From NCBI GenBank assembly GCA_028694645.1, contig JAQVKM010000002.1, forward strand, positions 112,149 to 176,148: a stretch of DNA of 64,000 nt, read 5' to 3'. Source of the stretch: Bacilli bacterium (lineage in GTDB: Bacteria; Bacillota_I; Bacilli_A; RF39; UBA660). A program made the position numbers and the translations under genes. Below the pieces are notes generated by a model that saw nothing but the letters and a program-made list of their open reading frames with translations, had not been told where the DNA came from and ran no database searches. Below, in pieces: positions 39,892-49,656 of this stretch; positions within the stretch are counted from its first letter, which is position 1; each line of letters opens with the position of its first letter.

Positions 39892-41346
39892 CTACTTAAC
39901 AAAAGTTTTTCTCTTTTGGTTATCAGCAAAATCTATATTTTTATTTATCATCTCATTAATTAAAGAAACATCTTCACTAGTTGGGATCAAAGTATTTACT
40001 TCACTTAAATGAATATATATTGATTTATCTTTTTTTGTTTCATGATCATACAATTCACCTATTTTAGTTTTAAAAGTTTTATCTTTTTTATGAATAAAAT
40101 ATTTATCTTTTGAAACGCTTGTTGTTACATCATCACTAATACTATAGCCCAACATTTTTTCCTCTATCTCATCAATAATTCTAAATTTTTGTCTATCCTG
40201 AATGAGTTTTTTTATTCTTTTAACATCTTCAATTGTAACATCACAAGATTCTTCTAAATCAATAGCGCTGATTGCATCTATCAACGAATAATAATAATCC
40301 TTAGATACTATTCTAGTAGTGTAATTTGCTGTTTCATATGCCTTAGCTAGTAATTCTATTTTAGTTATAAAAAAGGATAATTCATCATAATCATGAAGAA
40401 TAAATCTATTTTCTTTGTTCATCTTTGAAAGTATAATAAAATCATTAAATCTTTTATTTGAAATATCATAAAAATTATTAATATTTTTTTCTTTCATTTC
40501 AAAATCACCAGTTTTCTCTTCTGCTTGTTTTTTTATATATTTTTCAAATGGATTTTTACCAAATTCAAAAGTCATAGGACTTTCACTAACACCATATCGA
40601 AGTAAACTTTTTGGCACATAATAATCTTTTTCTTTAGTTAATTTTAAAACACAAACAGGATAGTCTTCTTGAATTTCACTATCGTTAATTGTTCTTACCA
40701 AATAATAAGTATATTCTTTTCCATTTTTTTTTGAATATGTTGAAGCAGTATAAGTAAACCCATCATCTATATTTTCATAATGAATATATGTTGATAGTTT
40801 TGTATATAATTTTCCATAATTAAAAGCTGCAACTTTACAATTCGAATAAAACTTATTTTCATTTTTAATAAGTTTGGTTTTATTTTGAATAAAATTTTTC
40901 ATAAGATCTTTAACTTTTGGTTTTTCAATATTAAGCATTTTAAAGTCTTCAAACAATAATTTCTTCTTAGAGTCTCCAGCTTTACTTGTAGAAAAAATTT
41001 TTTCGTCATCAAACCCAAATATATGAGGCATTTTTTCACTACTTAATACAACTTTCAAATCATTTTTAGCTACTTTTAAATTAAAAGTAAATGCAAATGT
41101 TTTATTTTCATGTTTTTCCATGAAAATATTATATGCATGTTCCAATAAATTTAATATATTTTTTCTATATTCTAATTCCACTTTAGGGTCATTATTATAT
41201 GAACTAAATACAGTTCCATATTTATCAATACTATATTCTATATCATCATTACAGTTATACTTTTTATTTTCATTTTTAGATCTATCTCTTTCTTCTGTTG
41301 TCAATTTATGTATTATAAAACTATTTTCTTGGTTGTTATTTTCCAT
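39892..41346 (-). CDS. hypothetical protein (484 aa), no recognisable domain
   Basis: GAGGTG RBS. Own TTGACA-N17-TAATAT promoter-like sequence upstream. No signal peptide or TM segment. Confidence 0.6.
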   Translation of the reverse strand: MENNNQENSFIIHKLTTEERDRSKNENKKYNCNDDIEYSIDKYGTVFSSYNNDPKVELEYRKNILNLLEHAYNIFMEKHENKTFAFTFNLKVAKNDLKVVLSSEKMPHIFGFDDEKIFSTSKAGDSKKKLLFEDFKMLNIEKPKVKDLMKNFIQNKTKLIKNENKFYSNCKVAAFNYGKLYTKLSTYIHYENIDDGFTYTASTYSKKNGKEYTYYLVRTINDSEIQEDYPVCVLKLTKEKDYYVPKSLLRYGVSESPMTFEFGKNPFEKYIKKQAEEKTGDFEMKEKNINNFYDISNKRFNDFIILSKMNKENRFILHDYDELSFFITKIELLAKAYETANYTTRIVSKDYYYSLIDAISAIDLEESCDVTIEDVKRIKKLIQDRQKFRIIDEIEEKMLGYSISDDVTTSVSKDKYFIHKKDKTFKTKIGELYDHETKKDKSIYIHLSEVNTLIPTSEDVSLINEMINKNIDFADNQKRKTFVK

Positions 41347-41418
41347 CCTGCACCTCGCTAAGTCATATATATTATCACATTATAAAAATTTGTCAAATTG
41401 TTTTTTAATAAAAATTAG

Positions 41419-42237
41419 TTATTTTTTTTCTAAATCAATATAAGCTTGAAAGGCAGCATCATTTTTTAAATTTGAACTGATATAAAACATATTATTAATA
41501 TCTTTTTTTACCATTTGTAACATGAATTCTTTATTATTATAAAGATCTTTTCCTATATACGCTATCATTTTAGGTTCTAAAGATATTGCTTCCTTAGCTA
41601 AGCCAATATTACTTTTAGCTAAAGGAGAATAATCTATATATTTATAAACATCTTTTTTTAATTCATCTAATAATTGAATATATAATAAATTTTGAATATC
41701 TTCTACATCTTTATAACATATTGAATATTCATACAAAAAATTATCAAAGCCATATTCGCCTGCAAAAACGGAACCAATAAACTTATCTTGTTGCATATTT
41801 TTGATTATGAAATCCTTATTAATAATATTATATTCTAAAAGAAAAATAACTTTAGGATTAAGTAAGATTAATTCATCTATTTTATTAATATCATTTTTAT
41901 CTTCACTATTTAAATATAAAAAAAGTTTATAATTATTTTTAATATTGGTTTTAACAGTAAGATAATCAATAAAAATTTTGCAATTTTCATTAATATAATT
42001 TTCTATTAATATTCTTATTTCATTATTCTGATACTTTTGAGTAAAGTATTTTTTATCCATAAATATATTTTTTTCATTTAAATTTGAAATAATTTTTAAA
42101 TTATCAATAATTTGTTCTTTTGTAAAAGAAGAGTCTAATTCATCACTGAAATCATCAAAAATTTCTTCTAAATTTTCCATATATTGATCATATCTTTCTA
42201 AAGTTATATCAATTAAATTTATTAGATTTATTATCAT
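41419..42237 (-). CDS. hypothetical protein with C-terminal DUF4116-like repeats
   Basis: ...GKDLYNNKEFMLQMVKKDINNMFYISSNLKNDAAF... resembles the DUF4116 repeat. There is no good RBS at ATG 42237. Confidence 0.45.
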   Translation of the reverse strand: MIINLINLIDITLERYDQYMENLEEIFDDFSDELDSSFTKEQIIDNLKIISNLNEKNIFMDKKYFTQKYQNNEIRILIENYINENCKIFIDYLTVKTNIKNNYKLFLYLNSEDKNDINKIDELILLNPKVIFLLEYNIINKDFIIKNMQQDKFIGSVFAGEYGFDNFLYEYSICYKDVEDIQNLLYIQLLDELKKDVYKYIDYSPLAKSNIGLAKEAISLEPKMIAYIGKDLYNNKEFMLQMVKKDINNMFYISSNLKNDAAFQAYIDLEKK

Positions 42238-42292
42238 GTTTTTATTTGAAGTATTTAAATTATTTGTTTTACTCCTAAATCACCTACTACAT

Positions 42293-42751
42293 TTATTCAT
42301 TTGAATTTTTCACTAACTTTTTTACTAATAACAATGTTTTTTGTACATCGTTATTTGAATTAAGAATTTCATGATAGCTGCCTGATATATCATAGTATGA
42401 CATTTCTTTATTTACATTTATAATATCATTAAATTCCCTTGAATGACCTGTTTTTTCTTTTCCACATCTAATACATCTACATAATAGGCTTTGCCTTTGT
42501 TCATATGAATCTGTTTGGTCAGATATAAAAACCCATAGTGGATGACTACATTCTTCTTGGTATAAAGCACAATATTCTGCTCTTAATATATTATATTTTC
42601 CCCCTAAATCATGTAATTTATTTTTCATTTTTTCATATTTAATAATTTCTGGATTTTGACGTATTATCTTCATTTCATTTAAAAGATTTTGATATTGTGC
42701 TTCTGCTTCTTCCATCAATTTTTTTGTTTGTAAAATATTTGATTCTTCCAT
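42293..42751 (-). CDS. hypothetical coiled-coil plus Cys/His-cluster protein (152 aa)
   Basis: AAGGAGG RBS. CALYQEECSH...CRCIRCG suggests a zinc ribbon. Confidence 0.55.
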   Translation of the reverse strand: MEESNILQTKKLMEEAEAQYQNLLNEMKIIRQNPEIIKYEKMKNKLHDLGGKYNILRAEYCALYQEECSHPLWVFISDQTDSYEQRQSLLCRCIRCGKEKTGHSREFNDIINVNKEMSYYDISGSYHEILNSNNDVQKTLLLVKKLVKNSNE

Positions 42752-42942
42752 AAATCCTCCTTTTATTATAATTATACATTAACATATTAATTATATCACA
42801 TTTTATTAGTCAACAAAAAAAATTAATTTGCCCATTTTGATAGCTATATAAAGATTTATATAGTTATTTATTTAATTTTAATTATTTGATATAATATAAT
42901 TAATATACATTAATATCTTTAAAATAAATTTAAGGAGGATTT

Positions 42943-44286
42943 ATGGGTGAATATAAATTAAGCATGATTTTTTTAGATGTATGCGCTAATATTTATGATA
43001 CAAATAGCAAAATTTGTTTTAGAAAATTAAGCATTGAAGATTATGAAATTTTAGAAGAAACTTTACAAAATTATGTTAACTCTTTTTTAGGATATAAAAT
43101 TGATAATGATTATAATCAATATTATAGAGAAATTCGCAAAAGTTTTGAAAATATATTAATAAATAATAAATGTAAGAATTTTGAAAATATCATTCCTTTC
43201 ATTAATGAATATAAAAATAGTTTTTTCGAAAAAATAGAAAAATATTATTACAGTTCAATATTCATAGATACAATGAAAAAAAATTATTCCAATGACAAAT
43301 TAGGTGCATCAATTGGTAATGAAAGTGACAGCTATACAATTAGTAGATTACCAAGAAAAAACGAAGAAGATATGCCTGTTACAATTATTAAAAATATTAA
43401 TTCTTTTGAAAAAATTTTGCAAAATTTTGTTAAATCAGTTATTGAAAGTGATTCTTATTTTAATGCTTTTTTCAATTACATGGATAAAGAAGATGCTATA
43501 TCATATCTTTTTGAATGGGTCATTAAAAATGCTACTAGTCTAGATTTAGAAGATGTTGAAAAATATTTTTCTAAATATACAAACTATATAGAAGATAATA
43601 GTTTAGATAAATTTAAAAAGCCTGTTAAATTTGGTGACTTACTTGGTGATGAGATTTATATTATGAGAAAACGAGCAAATGTTAATTATGAAACTCCATA
43701 TTATTTAAGTTTCATTGTTAAAGGCGAAAATGATTTTGTTGAATTACCAAATATAAGATTAGGTATAGAAAACGATTGTGGTATTAAAACAGCTCATATT
43801 TTAGCTACACAAACATCTCAAGATAATAAATTTCCAGATAAATATAGAGAAATAGAAAATTTTGTAAAAAAAATGTTAAGCAAATCTAAATTTTTTAGAG
43901 AATACAATCCAGCACATATTTTATCTATTATCTTGTCAATGGGTCTATTAAAGGGATTAGGTATTGATAAGATAATAGTAGAAGATTATTTTCCACTTAG
44001 ATTACAGAGATTAATTTTAGAAAATGAAAAGAATGATGATGAACTATATGAATTACAATATCGTTTAACAAATAAAAATATTAATAATTTTTTGAGAATT
44101 TGTGAATTTTTAAACGGCATAACTATATCAGAATATCCAGATAGTGGAAATGGTTTAAATTTGAATATTGGTGATAATGTAACTAGCGAAAATCCTTTTT
44201 TGCAAAAATTATATAATATGGGATATAACTTAGGAATTAAAAATAAAATAGATGAAATAGAATATGAAAAAAGTATTAATAAATAA
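42943..44286 (+). CDS. hypothetical protein (447 aa), no recognisable domain
   Basis: AAGGAGG RBS. Divergent from 42293..42751. Confidence 0.6.
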   Translation: MGEYKLSMIFLDVCANIYDTNSKICFRKLSIEDYEILEETLQNYVNSFLGYKIDNDYNQYYREIRKSFENILINNKCKNFENIIPFINEYKNSFFEKIEKYYYSSIFIDTMKKNYSNDKLGASIGNESDSYTISRLPRKNEEDMPVTIIKNINSFEKILQNFVKSVIESDSYFNAFFNYMDKEDAISYLFEWVIKNATSLDLEDVEKYFSKYTNYIEDNSLDKFKKPVKFGDLLGDEIYIMRKRANVNYETPYYLSFIVKGENDFVELPNIRLGIENDCGIKTAHILATQTSQDNKFPDKYREIENFVKKMLSKSKFFREYNPAHILSIILSMGLLKGLGIDKIIVEDYFPLRLQRLILENEKNDDELYELQYRLTNKNINNFLRICEFLNGITISEYPDSGNGLNLNIGDNVTSENPFLQKLYNMGYNLGIKNKIDEIEYEKSINK

Positions 44287-44306
44287 TACTTTTTTTATTT
44301 AAATTA

Positions 44307-44696
44307 TTAATAATCTCTCATCTCACAAATATGAGAATAATCAAAAGTTAAATTATTATCTTCTTTTTTTACAATCACATTACCTACACATTCATCTAAA
44401 CTTGATGTCATTGGTATAGAAAAATAAACATTACCTAGCGCCTGTTGTATTTCCTCTAAATTTAATTCATATTTTCCTTCTTCATCAAAGAAAAATAACT
44501 CTGGCTTATTTTTATAAACTATATTAATATAATAATCAAAACGAGTATAATCATATGTTGCTTTATTATTTTCATCAATACTATATTTTAAGGAAATTAA
44601 TGTTGTTGTAAATATTACAAATATTATTATAGCTAATAAATCATAAAAAATATATTTATGTAGATGATATTTAATCTTTTTATTCAAGATTGCCAC
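44307..44696 (-). CDS. membrane-anchored hypothetical protein
   Basis: Single N-terminal TM segment. Overlaps the upstream gene. The real start may be TTG 44687, 7 nt after GGAGGT. Confidence 0.5.
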   Translation of the reverse strand: MAILNKKIKYHLHKYIFYDLLAIIIFVIFTTTLISLKYSIDENNKATYDYTRFDYYINIVYKNKPELFFFDEEGKYELNLEEIQQALGNVYFSIPMTSSLDECVGNVIVKKEDNNLTFDYSHICEMRDY

Positions 44697-45246
44697 CTCC
44701 TACAATAACATTAAAACTAATATGTGTTTTCACATTTCTAGTAATAGTAAGTTTTCTATTCACATAAATATGAATGTAATATCTTCCTGGTTCATTTATA
44801 TATTGATTTAAATTAGTAATATATTTACCACTATAAATTGTTTTATCCATTCTTTTTATTTCTAATGTAATTATATTATTAACTTCCTTATAAGTTAATT
44901 CATTATTTTTATACCATCCAGTTCCAGCACTAATTAATTTTCCACCTTTAGAATAAACTTCATATTCATTAATATCTAAATTCATATTATCTTCTAAATC
45001 AATTGCATTATTAGTATTAATAATATCATTATTACCAGATGATCCTGCCACTGTAATTCCTGCCATCTTAAAATCTTCTTGATAGTAACATTTCATTGAA
45101 ATACCATTAAATTTAATTGTAAATAAATCTTTTTTATAATTACTAGCTAAATTCATAGATAATAAAAATACAAATAACACTTCAATAATACATATTATAA
45201 ATAATAATTTAAATGGTCTAAATACATTCCCTAATTCTCCATCCAT
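44680..45246 (-). CDS. membrane-anchored hypothetical protein, beta-rich ectodomain
   Basis: AAGGAG RBS, N-terminal TM (LLFIICIIEVLFVFLL). Confidence 0.55.
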   Translation of the reverse strand: MDGELGNVFRPFKLLFIICIIEVLFVFLLSMNLASNYKKDLFTIKFNGISMKCYYQEDFKMAGITVAGSSGNNDIINTNNAIDLEDNMNLDINEYEVYSKGGKLISAGTGWYKNNELTYKEVNNIITLEIKRMDKTIYSGKYITNLNQYINEPGRYYIHIYVNRKLTITRNVKTHISFNVIVGGGNLE

Positions 45247-45398
45247 ATTAATCTCCTTTATAATTGATACTACTATTTTACTGGATTTAGTATATCTTAA
45301 TATATAATAAATTACAATATTTTAAAAATAATTTCATTCAATTAAAAACAAAATAAATAGTTTGACAGTAAATTCATAAACACATTAACAATAATAAA

Positions 45399-46463
45399 TT
45401 ATCTTTTCATATTTTCTAATTTTTTAACCAATGATGAAGAAACATTATTTCTTTCATTAATAATAGATATATATAAATCTATATTCTCATTTTGTTTTGC
45501 TGTTGTCAATCCAATTTTATCAATTTGATAACTTATTCCTTCATCAGACAACAAATAATTTCTTAAATCCTTTACTAATTTAATTATTTCATTTTGATAA
45601 TCTCCAAAAAATATAGTTTTAATAAACCTATTATCTTCAATTTGTTTTACACCATCATTAAATTTAGTATCAAGAATACTACAGTGATTTAATCTTATTA
45701 AATCATTTATAAGATTAAAACTATATAATTTTTCATCTAATGAATAGTCACTTTTATTTAAAGATTTTTCTAAATAAATATTTATATATGACATTCCATT
45801 TGAAAGCAAATGATAATTTGTTCTTTTATCAAGTATTACTTTTTTATTAAGTTTAGTAATATTTTTTATTCCACAATTAATACTAGGAAGACTACACCAA
45901 AATTTTTCATTTGATGTTCCACAACCACCGATATTTGGATTATAAAGAATACTTGATATTATTTCATCATATATTTCAATCAAGCTATAATCACCTAGAT
46001 CTATTATATTTAATAAATCTTTATAAATTGTATCAGAAAAACCAGTATAGTTTGATTGAAAATATTCTTTTTGTTTTTTTAAAATTTCCAACATATATAA
46101 AATTTTAGGTTCGTTAATGTAAATACTTAAAAGATCATAACTATTGTTTAAATTTAATTCATATAAATATGTGTTAGTCGATAATATTTCAATTATAATT
46201 TCATAATTTAATAGTAAATATTTATTCATTTCATCAATACAATGTATATCAAATAATGAATGTAACTTGTTCATAGTTTCTTCTTTAATTCTAAATAATC
46301 TTTCATTATCGCTTTGCCTACTTTTTATTGCCACAAATAAATCATCTTTTTTCATATTCTCTATCATTTTTAAATTTAAATTATATCTATATTCAACATT
46401 AACAAGTGTTCTTTTCATAGTTAAAATAACTTGCCATTTTAAAAATTTCAAAATATCATCCAT
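45399..46463 (-). CDS. hypothetical protein (about 354 aa)
   Basis: Long ORF. ATG 46463 is preferred over the TTG at 46469. No domain recognised. Confidence 0.55.
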   Translation of the reverse strand: MDDILKFLKWQVILTMKRTLVNVEYRYNLNLKMIENMKKDDLFVAIKSRQSDNERLFRIKEETMNKLHSLFDIHCIDEMNKYLLLNYEIIIEILSTNTYLYELNLNNSYDLLSIYINEPKILYMLEILKKQKEYFQSNYTGFSDTIYKDLLNIIDLGDYSLIEIYDEIISSILYNPNIGGCGTSNEKFWCSLPSINCGIKNITKLNKKVILDKRTNYHLLSNGMSYINIYLEKSLNKSDYSLDEKLYSFNLINDLIRLNHCSILDTKFNDGVKQIEDNRFIKTIFFGDYQNEIIKLVKDLRNYLLSDEGISYQIDKIGLTTAKQNENIDLYISIINERNNVSSSLVKKLENMKR

Positions 46464-46519
46464 ACCCAAATCAACTCCATATTTATTAGCTATTATAATA
46501 TCATATAAAAATCAAAAAA

Positions 46520-46536
46520 ACTAGTACTCAACTAGT
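46520..46536 (-). terminator. weak terminator (ACTAGT-actca-ACTAGT plus T-run)
   Basis: 6-bp stem followed by TTTTTTT on the minus strand, downstream of 46578..47198. Confidence 0.35.
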
Positions 46537-46577
46537 AATCATTTTTTAAACATATATAAAGTATATAATTGAAATTA

Positions 46578-47198
46578 TTAAGAAGATATCACATCATTAT
46601 ATTGATTTACAAAATTAATCAAACTATCACATATTTTTTTCATATTTTCTAAATTATTATAATCCCTAAATTTTGAATTTATTTCTATTTGGACAATATC
46701 AATATCGGTATTTGAATATATATATTTTGTTATACCTCCACCTAAAAATGGATCATTTATTTTAATATTATTAATTCCATTAAAATTAAAAGCTTCTTTT
46801 AATTCATACAAAGCAGAGTAATCAATTGATAAATTTTTTAAAGTACCAAATTCTACATCAAAATCTCTATCAATCTTTGCACCATGAATATCAATTAATA
46901 ACTTAATTTCATTATCTTTAATATATTTTAAAAGATTATCTTTAAATTCATCAAATTCTACAGAGTTTGAATCAACTCTTGTTTCTTTTAACTTTATATA
47001 ATAAAAGCAGTCAGTTTCTTCAGACACATATTTTGTTATTCCTTTAGTAAAAGGTTCGCTTTTTTTAATACCTCCTTCTTTATGCTGAATCATACTATGA
47101 ACAGAGGTTAAAATCACTTTCTTTTTTCCTTGCTTATATATATAATCTTGATTCAAAAAAATATTTTCACATTCTAATATTTTTTTTTCAAATTCCAT
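46578..47198 (-). CDS. N-formylglutamate amidohydrolase-like (FGase fold) protein
   Basis: The order SVHSM...EPFT...DIHGA...QIEIN resembles FGase metal and catalytic motifs. Start set at ATG 47198, as defined by the shared promoter-RBS module. Confidence 0.35.
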   Translation of the reverse strand: MEFEKKILECENIFLNQDYIYKQGKKKVILTSVHSMIQHKEGGIKKSEPFTKGITKYVSEETDCFYYIKLKETRVDSNSVEFDEFKDNLLKYIKDNEIKLLIDIHGAKIDRDFDVEFGTLKNLSIDYSALYELKEAFNFNGINNIKINDPFLGGGITKYIYSNTDIDIVQIEINSKFRDYNNLENMKKICDSLINFVNQYNDVISS

Positions 47199-47252
47199 TA
47201 TCATCACCTTATTAAATTATACACTAAAGAAGACACCAAATAAATAGTTACT
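47199..47252 (-). repeat. terminator-promoter-RBS module, copy D (hairpin degenerate)
   Basis: The minus strand reads ...TTTAGTGTATAATTTAATAAGGTGATGATAATG. Confidence 0.7.
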
Positions 47253-47326
47253 ATATTATTAATTAATATGTTATATTCAAATTTTAATTTATAATTTGCA
47301 ATGATTAGTTAAAATTTAAAAAAAGG

Positions 47327-47809
47327 TTATCTTATTAACCTTTTTCCTTTTATATGTTTTTCTAATTTGTTAAATTCTTCGCTATTTATAAATTCGTTAT
47401 ATTTTTCACTTTGAAGTAAATAAAAATTTCTATCATCATAAGAAAATAAAAATTTTCCTATTTTTGAAACACAATAATTTGCTAGAATATTATTATCCAT
47501 GGTTTCACAAATTAAATATTCTTTAAATATATTGCTATCTGCTAAAATTTGTAAAGCTTTACTACCATATCCTTTTCCACGATATTTTTCTATTATTCCT
47601 TGATCTATAAATAATAAATTTTTTAATCCTTGATCAACAACATTTAAAAAACCAATATCATTATCATTATCACAAATTAATATAGCTGCCTTACTACAAG
47701 TTAGTCTATCTCTTTTATAATAAAATACTTCCTTTATACCATCCTCATGACCCATCATGTAATCGATTTTATGAGCAACCACGTCATATGGGTCTGTAAT
47801 TAATTCCAT
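47327..47809 (-). CDS. GNAT family N-acetyltransferase
   Basis: IEKYRGKGYGSKALQIL is acetyl-CoA motif A. GGGGGAG RBS before ATG 47809. TTGACT-N16-TATAAT upstream. Confidence 0.75.
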   Translation of the reverse strand: MELITDPYDVVAHKIDYMMGHEDGIKEVFYYKRDRLTCSKAAILICDNDNDIGFLNVVDQGLKNLLFIDQGIIEKYRGKGYGSKALQILADSNIFKEYLICETMDNNILANYCVSKIGKFLFSYDDRNFYLLQSEKYNEFINSEEFNKLEKHIKGKRLIR

Positions 47810-48027
47810 TCCTAACTCCCCCTTGATTAATATATTATAAACATAAAAAAACAAAAGTCAAATATATTAATTCTTTTGATGTAATAAATTATATGCTAAA
47901 AATAAATTGACTGTTTTTTTCTTGCTGCTTTAATCGTCTATTTTCTCAATAAAATTTAACAAATTCCTGATATTTATTTTAGAAATTAGTAGTTTGAATA
48001 ATATATTTGTAATTATTTATATAATTA

Positions 48028-48795
48028 CTATTTACTTTTATTACAAAGGTGCTCTTTAAGCAAAATTATATTTTCTAATTTTTCACTTAAGATATTACCA
48101 AAAGAATATTTATCAATTAAATCATAAGAAAGCATTGAACCATAATCATTTTGAATGTTTCCATTAGAACTTATATATAAAAATGGTATTAATATATATT
48201 TTTTATTATCATTAACAACCAATTCTGATTTAAGACCTCTATTTATTACTTCATCAATATTAAAATCATAACTTGATAAATTATTTTTTAAAGCTCTTCC
48301 TACAGGCAAAATATCTTCTTTTCTCATCTCATTTTTTTGATTTTTATAAGGAACAAAAAAAGGTAAATTTTGATATTTTAATAGTACATCCAAAGGTGGT
48401 TCTTTATGAAATTGATCATTAGAAATCCAAAATACGCCACCAAATTTATATTTCTTATCTTTTAAACTAAGACAATAATTATTTAATTTAATTAAAGATT
48501 CTACAAATTCATCTGAATAAATTAATCCATTTATTGAAAATTCAAATAGATTTATTTTGATATTTTTATTTATAATTTTGTCAACTAAATATTTAAATGA
48601 AGAAGGTGCCAATGTTGGTTCTCCTCCGCTTAATAATAGTCTGTCTATATATTCTATTTTGTTATTATCAAAAAAAGAATCAATAACTTGCTCACTTAAA
48701 TCAACATTTTGAGATTCTCCACGACAGCAATGTATACAACAATCATTACATTTCCTAGTAAGTTCGAATTGAATAGTTTTTAAGTATATTCCCAT
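48028..48795 (-). CDS. radical SAM protein (no SPASM or other extension)
   Basis: FELTRKCNDCCIHCC contains CxxxCxxC. LLLSGGEPTL is the SAM-binding GGE motif. Confidence 0.7.
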   Translation of the reverse strand: MGIYLKTIQFELTRKCNDCCIHCCRGESQNVDLSEQVIDSFFDNNKIEYIDRLLLSGGEPTLAPSSFKYLVDKIINKNIKINLFEFSINGLIYSDEFVESLIKLNNYCLSLKDKKYKFGGVFWISNDQFHKEPPLDVLLKYQNLPFFVPYKNQKNEMRKEDILPVGRALKNNLSSYDFNIDEVINRGLKSELVVNDNKKYILIPFLYISSNGNIQNDYGSMLSYDLIDKYSFGNILSEKLENIILLKEHLCNKSK

Positions 48796-48918
48796 AATAT
48801 GCTCCTTTCAAAAATAAAGTCTGCACTGCCTTTTAATTTTTATTTGTTATATCATAATATTATCTTTTTATTATCATATTAAATTTTAATATACATGTAT
48901 TTTATTGTCCTTTCAAAA

Positions 48919-49539
48919 CTAACTTACCCTATAATGTCCTATAATATCTCTTCTATTTATCAATATATCCTCTTCATAATATAATTGATACTTACTAATA
49001 TGATGGATTACAAATGGAATACCATTTTTATTTCTTTTGTCTGAAATAATTCCAATGTGGTTTTTAAATACTACAATATCTCCACCTTGCCAACTATCAA
49101 TACTATTTATATCAATTGTTAAATTAATTAAATTATTACTAAAGTAAATATTTAAATTTTTAACTCTTCTAAAATCAATATTTTTATCAATTACTTCTAT
49201 ATTATATATCTTCTTATTTTTTTTAATATCATCATTTACAAGTTGCTGTAAATCATATCCAGAATTCAATAAAGCAAAAGCTACAACATCAGTACATACT
49301 CCATATATATCATCTGGATAACCTGTATCATAATATTTACTTTTATATTTTGGTTTAGTTTTAACATAATCTCTTGCACTTTTTAAAATATCTGTTTGAT
49401 CATTAATTCCATCATTATCTAAATCAATATCACTAATATATGTTTGTATACCAAAATAATTGTTAGAATATTTTTTATGTGGGATATAATTAAATTTATA
49501 TAATATGTATAACATAAAGAAAAATAACACTAACAACAA
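48919..49539 (-). CDS. DUF1287 family protein; 5' end apparently frameshifted (see findings)
   Basis: ...YGVCTDVVAFALLNSGYDLQQLV... is typical of DUF1287. The track ORF starts on TTG. The module-defined ATG at 49568 is out of frame by one A. Confidence 0.6.
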   Translation of the reverse strand: MLLVLFFFMLYILYKFNYIPHKKYSNNYFGIQTYISDIDLDNDGINDQTDILKSARDYVKTKPKYKSKYYDTGYPDDIYGVCTDVVAFALLNSGYDLQQLVNDDIKKNKKIYNIEVIDKNIDFRRVKNLNIYFSNNLINLTIDINSIDSWQGGDIVVFKNHIGIISDKRNKNGIPFVIHHISKYQLYYEEDILINRRDIIGHYRVS

Positions 49540-49568
49540 TATTAAAAATTTCTGAAGTGTTTTTTCAT

Positions 49569-49620
49569 TTCAATCACCAAAATAAATTATACACTAAAAA
49601 AAGAACTAAATAAATAGTTC
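49569..49620 (-). repeat. terminator-promoter-RBS module, copy C
   Basis: Minus strand: GAACTA-tttatt-TAGTTC, then TTTTTTT, then AGTGTATAATTTATTTTGGTGATTGAAATG. Confidence 0.75.
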
Positions 49621-49656
49621 ATCAATTTCATCTTGTGACACAAATGTTATCTTTTA

